Shown here: piece after piece, positions 52,978 to 62,388 of the stretch
Layout of the letters: each line of letters opens with the position of its first letter
How positions within the stretch are numbered: position 1 is the first letter of the stretch
From: an uncultured Gemmatimonadales bacterium
GTDB taxonomy: Bacteria; Gemmatimonadota; Gemmatimonadetes; Longimicrobiales; RSA9
Length of the DNA stretch: 64,000 nt
Assembly (NCBI GenBank): GCA_963708135.1
Contig: OY970192.1
Span: 672,001-736,000, forward strand
Direction of reading: 5' to 3'
Translations under genes and position numbers: made by a program
The notes under the pieces: model-generated
Seen by the model: the letters and a program-made list of their open reading frames with translations, nothing else
The model's database searches: none
Told to the model about the DNA's origin: nothing

Positions 52978-53556
52978 TCAGGGACTCCGGCGGCGCGGCC
53001 CGGGCATCTCGGCCGGCGTGAGCCGCCGCACCGGCTCGGGCGGCGCACCGGGGAGGGCGCGCGGGGTGACGCAGATCGGGCAGGGGCCGAGGTTCGGCTG
53101 CTTGCCGAAGTAGACGTTCACCGGCCCGAGCACGACCAGCTTCTTCTCGACCGTGTCGTTCACCGCCACCGTCAGCGTGAGCCGGTTCCCGGCGACGACG
53201 CCCGCGAGCTGCGCGGGGAGCGCCGGCCCCACCGCGATCGGATAGGCCCGCAGCAGGTACTCCCCGGCCACGCTGAACCTGCCACTAGCATCGAGCGTGA
53301 CCGGCGCGGGGAAGTTGCCGTACGTGCACGCCACGTGGACGTGCGTGATCGTGTCGTTGGCGATGACGCCCGCGCTGTCGCTGCCCCAGGTGCCGGCGGC
53401 CAGCTGCGCGGGCGGGGTGGTGGGCGAGCCGCCGCCGCAGCCCGCCACGAGCGCGAGCGCGGCGGCGAGGATCGGCGCGGTGGCGCGGGCGGACGTGGCG
53501 TGCGCCGCGAGGGGGCACGGCCGGGCGGCCAGCGAGCGGGTGTTGACCGGTCTCAT
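52978..53556 (-). CDS. Hypothetical lipoprotein
   Basis: AGGAG RBS; lipobox VAGC; GTWG, C..G and CPIC. Confidence 0.75.
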   Translation of the reverse strand: MRPVNTRSLAARPCPLAAHATSARATAPILAAALALVAGCGGGSPTTPPAQLAAGTWGSDSAGVIANDTITHVHVACTYGNFPAPVTLDASGRFSVAGEYLLRAYPIAVGPALPAQLAGVVAGNRLTLTVAVNDTVEKKLVVLGPVNVYFGKQPNLGPCPICVTPRALPGAPPEPVRRLTPAEMPGPRRRSP

Positions 53557-54112
53557 GTGCGGCTCCTGCGGGAGCGATCTCTCCGTCCAATGCTGGCAAC
53601 GCCCCGGCCTCTCGCGGCGTGACGCCGCGGGGGCTGGTCCGGGCGGCGCTCAGGCGGGCGGCGCCCTTGCCTCTCCGCAACGACGGCCCATCTTGAGGGA
53701 CGCCGTGGCCGGCCGACCGCGGGGCGCGTCCGCGCTCCGCAGCCCGGCCCCGCGCTCCGGAGCGGCGCCGCCGATGCGGCGGCCCCGGGCCGGAGAGGGA
53801 GCGAGATGCCGGGAAGACTCAGCCGCCGGCGCCGATGTCGGGCCGGCGAGCCGCGTGCAGCACGGCGGACGCCGCCATCCGCGGGGGCCGATCCGGCTCC
53901 GGCGGCCGTGCGCGCGCCGGCGTGCCGGGCGGGCGCGCACCGCCAGGTCTCCCGCCGCTCCCCGCCTCTCCCCGATTCCATCCGTGTCCAGGTTTCCCTG
54001 CCGCCGGGGTGCATGGCGGCGCCACCCGGGCCGACCCATGTCGCCGCACGTCCGCGGCCCGTCGCGCCGGCCACCACGGCATCGTCTCGACAGTCAGGAG
54101 GAGATCAAGGGT

Positions 54113-55549
54113 ATGTCGAACCCAACGATCCCGGCAAGCGCGCCCGCGGGAGGCTGGATGCGGACGGCTGACGGGAAATCGAGCGCGACGGAGGACTACG
54201 TCGCTGACGTTCTGGGGGAGGTCCGCGCGAAGAACCCGGCGGAGCCGGAGTTTCATCAGGCGGTCCTGGAGGTGCTGGGCTCGATCGCGCTGGTGCTGGA
54301 GCGGCACCCGGAGTACCGCGCCGCGCGCATCATCGAGCGCATGGTGGAGCCGGAGCGGGTGCTGATGTTCCGCGTGCCCTGGATGGACGACACCGGCACG
54401 CCGCAGGTGAACCGCGGCTTCCGGATCCAGATGAACAGCGCGATCGGGCCGTACAAGGGCGGCTTCCGCTTCCACCCGTCCGTGAACCTCGGGATCCTCA
54501 AGTTCCTGGCGTTCGAGCAGGTGTTCAAGAACGCCCTGACCACGCTGCCGATGGGCGGCGCGAAGGGCGGCAGCGATTTCGATCCGAAGGGGAAGACGGA
54601 CGGCGAGGTGATGCGTTTCTGCCAGAGCTTCATGACCGAGCTGGCGCGTCACATCGGCCCCGACACGGACGTGCCCGCGGGCGACATCGGCGTGGGCGGC
54701 CGCGAGATCGGCTACCTGTTCGGGCAGTACAAGCGGCTCAGGAACGAGTTCACGGGCGTGCTGACCGGCAAGGGGCTGGGCTGGGGCGGCTCGCTCATCC
54801 GCCCCGAGGCGACGGGCTACGGCAGCGTCTACTTCGCCGCGGAGATGCTGGCCACGCGCGGGAAGACGCTCGGGGACAAGACCTGCCTCGTGTCCGGCAG
54901 CGGCAACGTGGCGCAGTACACGGTCGAGAAGCTGCTGGACCTGGGCGCGCGGCCGGTCACGCTCTCGGACTCGAACGGCTGGATCTACGACGAGGCGGGG
55001 ATCGACCGCGAGAAGCTGTCGTTCGTCATGGACCTGAAGAACCGCCGGCGCGGCCGCATCGCCGAGTACGCGGAGCGCTATCCGGGCGCGGTCTACACCC
55101 CGATCGACCCGGCCGCGGACCACAACCCGCTCTGGGACCACCCGGCCGAGTGCGCCTTCCCGAGCGCCACGCAGAACGAGATCAACGGCGTGGACGCGGC
55201 CAACCTGCTCGGGAACGGCGTCTACGTCGTCTCCGAGGGCGCGAACATGCCCTCCACGCTCGAGGCCGTGAAGCAGTACCTGGACGCGGGCATCCTCTAC
55301 GGCCCCGCCAAGGCGGCCAACGCCGGCGGCGTCGCGGTCTCGGGGCTCGAGATGTCGCAGAACTCCATGCGGCTGCGCTGGACCCGGGAGGAGGTCGACA
55401 CCCGGCTGCGCGGCATCATGAAGGACATCCATCGCGCCTGCATCGAGGCCGCCGACCGCTTCGGCGCGCCCGGCAACTACCTGCACGGCGCGAACATCGC
55501 CGGCTTCCTGAAGGTGGCCGACGCGATGATGGACCAGGGGCTCGTGTGA
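54113..55549 (+). CDS. gdhA: NADP-specific glutamate dehydrogenase
   Basis: GPYKGGFRFHPSVN, GGAKGGSDF, DVPAGDIGVG, EATGYG, GSGNVA. Confidence 0.97.
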   Translation: MSNPTIPASAPAGGWMRTADGKSSATEDYVADVLGEVRAKNPAEPEFHQAVLEVLGSIALVLERHPEYRAARIIERMVEPERVLMFRVPWMDDTGTPQVNRGFRIQMNSAIGPYKGGFRFHPSVNLGILKFLAFEQVFKNALTTLPMGGAKGGSDFDPKGKTDGEVMRFCQSFMTELARHIGPDTDVPAGDIGVGGREIGYLFGQYKRLRNEFTGVLTGKGLGWGGSLIRPEATGYGSVYFAAEMLATRGKTLGDKTCLVSGSGNVAQYTVEKLLDLGARPVTLSDSNGWIYDEAGIDREKLSFVMDLKNRRRGRIAEYAERYPGAVYTPIDPAADHNPLWDHPAECAFPSATQNEINGVDAANLLGNGVYVVSEGANMPSTLEAVKQYLDAGILYGPAKAANAGGVAVSGLEMSQNSMRLRWTREEVDTRLRGIMKDIHRACIEAADRFGAPGNYLHGANIAGFLKVADAMMDQGLV

Positions 55550-58500
55550 GCGCCGGAACCCCGGCGTCCGGCGGCCCGGCTTCCGCGGCGCCGGAGCCGG
55601 GGTTCCACGACTTCATGCGCGCGCAGGTGCGCGACGTCCTCTTCGTCTCCAGCCTCTACGACTCCTTCATCCTCGCCGAGGACGAGCTCGGCGACGTGCT
55701 GCGCGCCAAGTTCGTCGACCTGAACCAGATCCAGGTCCCCACGCTGACGCAGGTGGCCACGGGCGACGAGGCGCTCGACCTGCTGCGCGGCGGCGCCCAC
55801 TTCGACCTCGTCGTCACGGCGCTCAGCGTGGGCGAGATGGACGCGCTCGAGCTGGCCCGCGCCGTCCGCTCCATCGCGCCGCGCCTGCCCGTCGTGCTGC
55901 TCGCCTACGACTACGGTGCCCTCAAGCAGACGCTCGCCCGCGGCGATGCGTCCGCCATCCACCGCAGCTTCCTGTGGCAGGGCGACGCGCGCATCCTGCT
56001 CGCCATCGTGAAGGGGATCGAGGACGAGCTGAACGTGGCCCGCGATGCCGCCGCCGGCGTGCCGATCGTGCTCGTCGTCGAGGACAGCATCCGCAACTAC
56101 TCCTCCTTCCTCCCCGTCATCTACGATGAGGTCACCCGCTACTCGCAGCAGGTCACCTCCGAGGGGCTGAACGCCGCGGAGCGGCTGCTGCGGCTGCGGG
56201 CGCGGCCCAAGATCCTGCTGGCCACGCGCTTCGAGGAGGCGTGGAGCTGGTTCGCCGCCTATCCGGATGACGTGCTGGGCGTGATCTCGGACATCGAGTT
56301 CCCGCGCGACGGCGTGCGCGACCCGACCGCCGGCATCGCCCTGGCCCGCCGGATCCGCGAGACCCGGCCCGACATCGCGCTGATCCTGCACTCGAGTCAC
56401 GCCGAGAACCAGAGGACTGCCGCCGAGATCGGCGCCGCGTTCCTGCCCAAGCGCTCGCCGCACCTGTTGCAGGGGCTCAGGGAGCAGCTCAAGGAGGCGT
56501 TCTCCTTCGGCGACTTCGTCTTCCGCACCCCCGACGGCCGCGAGATCGCCCGCGCGGCCGACCTGAACGCGCTGGTCCGGCTGATCGGCGACCCGGTTGC
56601 CGTGCCCGCCGAGTCGCTCGCCTACCACGGCGCCCGCAACGACTTCTCCCGCTGGCTGCGCGTGCGTGCCGAGTTCCGGCTGGCGCGCGGGCTGCGGCCG
56701 CGGCGCCCCTCCGAGTACGCCGACCTCGAGGCGCTCCGGCGCGACCTGGTCCGCTCGATCGAGGAGAGCCGGCGCGAGCGCGCCCATGCCACCATCGCAG
56801 ATTTCCAGCCGCGCACCTACCAGGAGCAGGGCGGCATCGCGCGCATCGGCGGCGGCTCGCTCGGCGGCAAGGCGCGCGGGCTCGCCTTCGGCGCCCGCCT
56901 GCTCGAGCGGGAGGGGCTCGCGGCCCGCTTCCCCGGCCTGCGCGTCGGCGTGCCGCGGGCGGTCGTCCTCGCCACGGAGGTGTTCGACGAGTTCCTCGAC
57001 TCGAACGGGCTCCGCGACGCCGCGCTCGACCTGGAAGACGACGCCGAGCGCGCCCGCCTCTTCCGCGCCGCCCCGCTGCCGGGCGCCGTCCGCGAGGATC
57101 TCGCGCGCTTCCTCGACCTGGCGCGCGCGCCGCTCGCCGTGCGCTCCTCGAGCCTGCTCGAGGACTCGCCCTACGAGCCGTTCGCCGGGATCTTCGAGAC
57201 GCGCATGCTCGCCAACGCCTCGCCCGACACGGCGCTCCGGCTGCACCGCCTGGAGGACGCCGTCCGCGAGGTCTACGCCTCCGCCTTCGCCCACGGCGCG
57301 CGCCACCTGCTCGAGGCCACGCCGTTCCGCATGGAGGAGGCACGCATGGCCGTCATCCTCCAGCCGATCGTCGGCGCCCGCCACGGCCGCCACTTCTATC
57401 CGAGCTTCTCCGGCGTCGCCCGCTCGCAGAACTTCTATCCGGCGCCGCCTGCCACCGCGGAGGACGGGATCGCCGCCGTCGCCCTCGGGCTGGGCAGGAC
57501 CGTGGTCGAGGGCGGCGCGTGCCTCCGCTTCTCGCCCGTCCACCCCCGCCGCCTGCCCGACCTGAGCCTCGTCGAGGACGCGCTCCGCACCACGCAGCGG
57601 GACTTCTGGGCCATCGACCTCGAGTCAGGCGACGAGGGCGACCCGCTCGTCCGTCTCCCGCTCGACGTCGCCGAGCACGACGGCACCCTGGCGCCGCTCG
57701 CCTCCACCTACTCGCACGACAACCAGGCGATCTACGACGGCGTCGCCCGCCGGGGCACCCGGCTCGTCACCTTCGCGCCGATCCTCAAGCACGGCCTCTT
57801 CCCGCTCGCCGCCCTGCTGCGCGAGCTGCTCCGGCTCGGCGTCCGCGCCACCAGCTCGCCCGTCGAGATCGAGTTCGCCGTCGAGCTCCAGCCGAAGGGC
57901 CACCCGCCCTCCTTCGCCCTGCTGCAGCTCCGGCCCCTGGCCGCGCTCCGCGAGCAGGAGGCCATCGGCAGCACCCGACTCGATGAGGGCCGCGTCCTCT
58001 GCCGCAGCGCCACCGTGCTCGGCAACGGCCGCCACGACGACATCCGCGACGCCCTCGTCGTCCCGCCCTCCGGCTTCAACCCGCTCTTCAACGGCCAGAC
58101 CGCCAGGAACATCGCCCGCCTCAACGCCCGCCTCGCCCGCGAAGGGCGTCCCTACCTCCTCGTCGGCGTTGGCCGCTGGGGATCCAGCCACCCACAGCTC
58201 GGGATCCCCGTCGACTGGGAGGACATCGCCGGCGCCCGCGCCATCATCGAGGCCGGACGCGCGGACCTCCACGTCGCGCCGTCGCAGGGCAGCCATTTCT
58301 TCCACAACCTGGCCTCCTCCGGCGCCGGCTACTTCGTCGTCAACCCCGACCACGGCGAGGGCACCCTCGACTGGGACTGGCTCGCGGCGCAGCCGGCCAG
58401 GGAGACACTCGGGACCGTGCGGCATCTCAGGTTCGAGGCTCCCCTCACGGTCATCATGGACGGGCGCAAGCGGGAAGGCGTCATCGCCAAGCCATCCTGA
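55546..58500 (+). CDS. REC-like domains + PEP/pyruvate-binding (PPDK_N ATP-grasp) protein
   Basis: GTGA overlap with gdhA; LVVEDS and VISD receiver-like strands; GGKARGL, AVRSSSLLEDS, EIEFA, LLQLRP, GRWGS, SQGSHFF. Confidence 0.9.
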   Translation: MSAGTPASGGPASAAPEPGFHDFMRAQVRDVLFVSSLYDSFILAEDELGDVLRAKFVDLNQIQVPTLTQVATGDEALDLLRGGAHFDLVVTALSVGEMDALELARAVRSIAPRLPVVLLAYDYGALKQTLARGDASAIHRSFLWQGDARILLAIVKGIEDELNVARDAAAGVPIVLVVEDSIRNYSSFLPVIYDEVTRYSQQVTSEGLNAAERLLRLRARPKILLATRFEEAWSWFAAYPDDVLGVISDIEFPRDGVRDPTAGIALARRIRETRPDIALILHSSHAENQRTAAEIGAAFLPKRSPHLLQGLREQLKEAFSFGDFVFRTPDGREIARAADLNALVRLIGDPVAVPAESLAYHGARNDFSRWLRVRAEFRLARGLRPRRPSEYADLEALRRDLVRSIEESRRERAHATIADFQPRTYQEQGGIARIGGGSLGGKARGLAFGARLLEREGLAARFPGLRVGVPRAVVLATEVFDEFLDSNGLRDAALDLEDDAERARLFRAAPLPGAVREDLARFLDLARAPLAVRSSSLLEDSPYEPFAGIFETRMLANASPDTALRLHRLEDAVREVYASAFAHGARHLLEATPFRMEEARMAVILQPIVGARHGRHFYPSFSGVARSQNFYPAPPATAEDGIAAVALGLGRTVVEGGACLRFSPVHPRRLPDLSLVEDALRTTQRDFWAIDLESGDEGDPLVRLPLDVAEHDGTLAPLASTYSHDNQAIYDGVARRGTRLVTFAPILKHGLFPLAALLRELLRLGVRATSSPVEIEFAVELQPKGHPPSFALLQLRPLAALREQEAIGSTRLDEGRVLCRSATVLGNGRHDDIRDALVVPPSGFNPLFNGQTARNIARLNARLAREGRPYLLVGVGRWGSSHPQLGIPVDWEDIAGARAIIEAGRADLHVAPSQGSHFFHNLASSGAGYFVVNPDHGEGTLDWDWLAAQPARETLGTVRHLRFEAPLTVIMDGRKREGVIAKPS

Positions 58501-58887
58501 AGGGACGTGTAGGTGTAGGTGTAAGGGTCGGGTGTAGGGACAGGGGGCTGGGGCAGAAACGGAAGGCAGGGGCAGGTTCAGGGGGAGGGGGAGGGGCAGG
58601 GATTGACGGGCGGTATCACTCTCGACATGGGGGATGCCCTCGTGCTTCTACTCGCGCGAGGACGCCCGGCGCCCCGGGAGGGCGCGCTGCGGACGGTCGA
58701 TCGGGTGGAGCCGGAGGTGGTTGCGGGCGAGTGAGGAGGGCCTCTACTCGAAGATCAGCGGCTCGATCCGCGGAACGGCGCTCCCGCCCCTCGAGCGCAG
58801 GTCGCCCCGTCCGCGGGCGCGGGTCCAGCCCCTGGCGCCGCGGAACGTCGGTCTCGGGCCGAACGCCGGCCAGCGGCCGGGAGTTGG

Positions 58888-58961
58888 GCCCGCCGCCGAC
58901 TGGTGGGCCCGCGGCCGACCGGTGGCCCGCCGCCGACTGGTGGGTCCGCGGCCGACCGGTG
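58888..58961. repeat. 37-bp tandem duplication
   Basis: GCCCGCCGCCGACTGGTGGG(C/T)CCGCGGCCGACCGGTG x2. Confidence 0.8.
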
Positions 58962-59021
58962 AGTTCGCGGCCCGTCGTCGCTCCGTGGCGGGGTCCTCGC
59001 CAGGTTGGAACAGGGCGGCGG

Positions 59022-59200
59022 CCGGACATTTCTGCGCTCCCGTCGCCTTCCCGCGGACGCTCTCGCACTTATGGTCGCCATGCGGCCCAAAGTCCCCGTG
59101 GGTCCGCGCCGCCGCCGGCGCGACCGGACTTTGGTCCGGATAGCGGCCACTTCTGCAAGGGCGGCTCCGCACCCCGGGACGATCGGAGAGTTTGGTCCGC
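59022..59200. repeat. Degenerate palindromic array, 61-nt period (locus 2)
   Basis: Left half-sites at 59067, 59128, 59189; co-linear with locus 1. Confidence 0.6.
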
Positions 59201-59219
59201 TCCCGGGGCGCCCGCTCCA

Positions 59220-59675
59220 CCGCGCGGCCGCCCCGCCGCGCGGCGCCCCCGCCGCGCGGGCGCCCCCGCCACGCGGCCGCTCCCAGCGCGCGGCTGCCCC
59301 GCCGCGCGGCCGCCCCCAGCGCGCGGCCGCCCCCACCGCGCGGGCGCCCCCGCCACGCGGCCGCTCCCAACCGCGCGGCCGCTCCGCCGCGCGGCCGCTC
59401 CCAACCGCGCGGCCGCCCCCGCCGCGCGGCCGCTCCCAACCGCGCGGCCGCCCCCGCCGCGCGGCCGCTCCCAGCGCGCGGCCGCCCCCACCGCGCGGCC
59501 GCCCCCGCCACGCGGCCGCTCCCAACCGCGCGGCCGCTCCGCCGCGCGTGCGCCCCCGCCGCGCGGGCGCCCCCGCCGCGCGGCCGCTCCCAGCGCGCGG
59601 CCGCCCCCGCCGCGCGGCCGCCCCTGCCCACCCCGCCGCTCCCAGCGCGCGGCCGCCCCCGCCGCGCGGCCGCGC
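59220..59675. repeat. Very GC-rich minisatellite, ~15-18-bp units with core CCGCGCGGCCGC
   Basis: More than 20 variants such as CCGCGCGGCCGCTCCCAA and CCGCGCGGCCGCCCCCG. Confidence 0.9.
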
Positions 59676-59988
59676 CTGCCCCGCCCCGCCGCGCGCTCGT
59701 GCCGGACGGCCGGCTAGAGATCGGCCCGCCGCCCCCCCACCCCCGCCCCGGGGCGAGGGGCAGGGTGGTGGGGGGAGGGCAGACGGAGGGCAGGCGACGG
59801 GGAAGGGAGGACGAGGAGCGGTAAGGCGGACGGGGAGGGACGGGGAGCGGCAAGGCGGACGGGGAAGGAGGAACGGCAACGCGGATGGGGAGGGGCAGGC
59901 GGAACGCGGAGGGGCAGGGAGGCGGCCGGAGCCTGCGGTCCGCGCGCGCGAGATGACCGGGCCAGCGCTCCGCGGCGCCGGCCTTGCC

Positions 59989-60201
59989 TCACTCGAAGAT
60001 CAGCGGCTCGATCCGGGGGACCGGGACGCGCGGGGCGCCCAGCATGGGCGAGGCGTGCACGGGGCAGTACATCAGCGCGGCCGGCCGGATACTTCCCTCC
60101 GTGAGGCCCGCCCGCACCGACGGGTGCAGGCCCATCTCCTCGCAGCCGCACTCGAACCGCACCCCCTCCTCGTAACGCTGGATGAGCTCGTTCGCGTCCA
60201 T
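59989..60201 (-). CDS. Small putative Zn-binding protein
   Basis: GGAGGT RBS; 70 aa with CxC...CPxH. Confidence 0.7.
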   Translation of the reverse strand: MDANELIQRYEEGVRFECGCEEMGLHPSVRAGLTEGSIRPAALMYCPVHASPMLGAPRVPVPRIEPLIFE

Positions 60202-60379
60202 GGCGACCTCCGGGGCTTGAGGAGGAGTGTGCGGGCCGGCCCTTCAATCTAATGCACGCGAGCGTCCGGCGCCCGTCGGCCGTGCCTGCTCAGCAGAACC
60301 CCGCCCACCGCAACGGATTTCCGCCGTGCGCACCCGAACGGGTACGGGCGCGGAACCGCACGCTTGCCGTCCGCCGCCG

Positions 60380-60545
60380 CTTGCCGCCGCGGGCACGCGC
60401 TTCCTGACCGCGTTCCTCTTCGGCCTGACGCCGGCGGACGCGGACTTTCGCGCTGGCCACCGCCGCCCTCGCCTGCGCCGCGGCGATGGCGGCGCTGCTC
60501 CCGGGCTGGCGCGCCGCGCGCATGCGGCCCACGGAAGGGTGGCTC
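60380..60545 (+). pseudogene. 3' remnant of a MacB/FtsX-like ABC permease
   Basis: TRFLTAFLFGLTPAD / FALATAALACAAAMAALLPGWRAARMRP, split by a frameshift near 60443. Confidence 0.65.
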
Positions 60546-60629
60546 ACGGCGATCTTGACTCGCTCCGCGTACGGGTGTCACCTTCACATTTCAGCCATAC
60601 GGTCGTTCCTCTCCCCCGGGTCTCCGTCG

Positions 60630-62387
60630 ATGCCGCGCAGCCTCTTCTCGTCGTCGCCCTCGGGCTCGGCTTTCCGTTCTGGCTCGCCTTCGCCTGGCTC
60701 TACGAGATCACCCCGAGGGTCTCAGGCGGGAGAGCGAGGTCGATCCGGAGACCTCCCTCACCCACCGCACCGGGAAGCGGCTGGACCGCTGGATCATCGG
60801 GGTCCTGGCGCTCGCCGTCGTGGTGCCGCTGACCAACACCTTCGTCTGGCACGGTGGGGCGGGGCTCGCGCGCGGCACCTCGCCGGAGGCGCCCTCGAGC
60901 GCACCCGGCGTGGCGGCCGCCGCCGAGCCGGTGCCGCCGCATTCGATCGCGGTGCTGCCGTTCGTGAACGAGTCCTCGGACCGGGAGCAGGAGTACTTCG
61001 CCGACGGCATCGCGGAGGATCTGCTGGACCTGCTGGCGCGGGTGCCGGCACTGCGGGTGGCGGCGCGCACGTCGTCGTTCGCGTTCAAGGGGAAGGCGGT
61101 GAAGGTCCAGGAGATCGCACGACAGCTCCAGGTGGCGAACGTGCTGGAGGGCTCGGTGCGGAAGGCGGGCGGCCGGGTGCGCATCAGCGCGCAGCTCGTG
61201 CACGCGGCCAACGGCTACGAGGTGTGGTCGCAGACGTGGGACCGCAAGCTGGACGACGTCTTCGCCATCCAGGACGAGATCCCCGCGATGTGGTCGGGCA
61301 GCTCCAGGTGAGGCTGCTCGGGGCGACGCCGACGGTCCGCGAGACCGACCCCCGCGCGTACGCGCTCTACCTGCAGGGGCGCGAGCTGAGCCGCCGGTTG
61401 ACGCCCGAAGCGCTCACGCGCTCCGACTCGCTCCTCCGTCAGGTGCTCGCGATCGACCCCCGTTACGCCCCCGCCTGGACGAGGCTGGCCGCCAACTTCG
61501 CCCACGAGGCGAACATCGGGGTGGTGTCGAACGAGGAGGGCTATCGCCGGGCGCGCGAGGCGGCCGGGAAAGCGCTCGCAATCGATCCCGGCTACGCGCC
61601 CGCCCATGGAGAGCTCGGCTACATCGCAAGGTCCGCGGGCGACCTGGCCGGCGCGGCCCGGGAGCTGGAGCGGGCGCTCGCGCTCGACGCTACGGATCCC
61701 GATGTCCTGGGGAACAGCGCCGTGCTGCTCGCGTCGCTCGGGCGGCTGAAGGAGGCGATCGCGCTCCAGGAGTACGTCGTCGCACGCGATCCGGTGAACT
61801 TGAGCAGGCTTTCCAACCTGGGCTATACGTATGTCAGGGACGGCCGCTACGACGACGCGATCGCCCGCCTGCGGACGGGGCTGAGCCTGAGCCCCGGCTT
61901 TGGGGCCGCGCACTTTCTGATCGGCGAGGCACTGCTGCTGAAGGGGAACGCACCGGCGGCGCTTGGGGAGATGCAGCGGGAGACGAGCGAGTCCTGGCGC
62001 CTGGGGGGCCTGGCCATGGCCGACCACGCGCTCGGTCGCGAGGCGCAGTCCGATTCCGCGCTCGCGGCGCTCGTCCGCAAGTACCCGAAGGACGCGCCGT
62101 ACAACATCGCCTACGTCCACGCGTTCCGCGGGCAGCCGGACCAGGCGTTCGCCTGGCTGGACAGGGCGGTCGAGTACGGCGACCCCGGGCTTGCGGAGAT
62201 CCCGGCGGAGCCCCTCTTCGAGCGGATCCACTCCGACCCGCGCTGGCTGCCGTTCCTGCGCCGGATCGGCAAGGCGCCCGAGCAACTGGCGAGGATCCAC
62301 TTCCAGGTCGATCTGCCGCAGAGCGGGGACACGGCCACTGCCGCGGCGCGGTCCGCCCCGCCCCCGGTGGCGGCGGCCTCGGAGTGA
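60630..62387 (+). pseudogene. TolB-N-like (SIAVLPF) + TPR membrane protein, 5'-truncated with two frameshifts (~60714, ~61282)
   Basis: GFP..LAFAWLYEITP / SIAVLPFVN..EYFADGIAE..ARTSSF..EGSVRK / TPR repeats lie in three different frames. Confidence 0.8.
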
Positions 62388-62388
62388 A

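Noticed and set aside
53297..54112. 270-aa N-terminal extension of GdhA
   Set aside because: Low-complexity, overlaps an opposite-strand lipoprotein; a strong RBS precedes ATG 54113
52667..59200. CRISPR arrays (61-nt period palindromes)
   Set aside because: Repeats are highly degenerate, only about 3 units each, linkers are similar between loci, and there are no cas genes
58731..60252. Arg/Pro/Ala-rich ORFs across the minisatellite
   Set aside because: Artefacts of stop-free GC repeats with no protein-like composition
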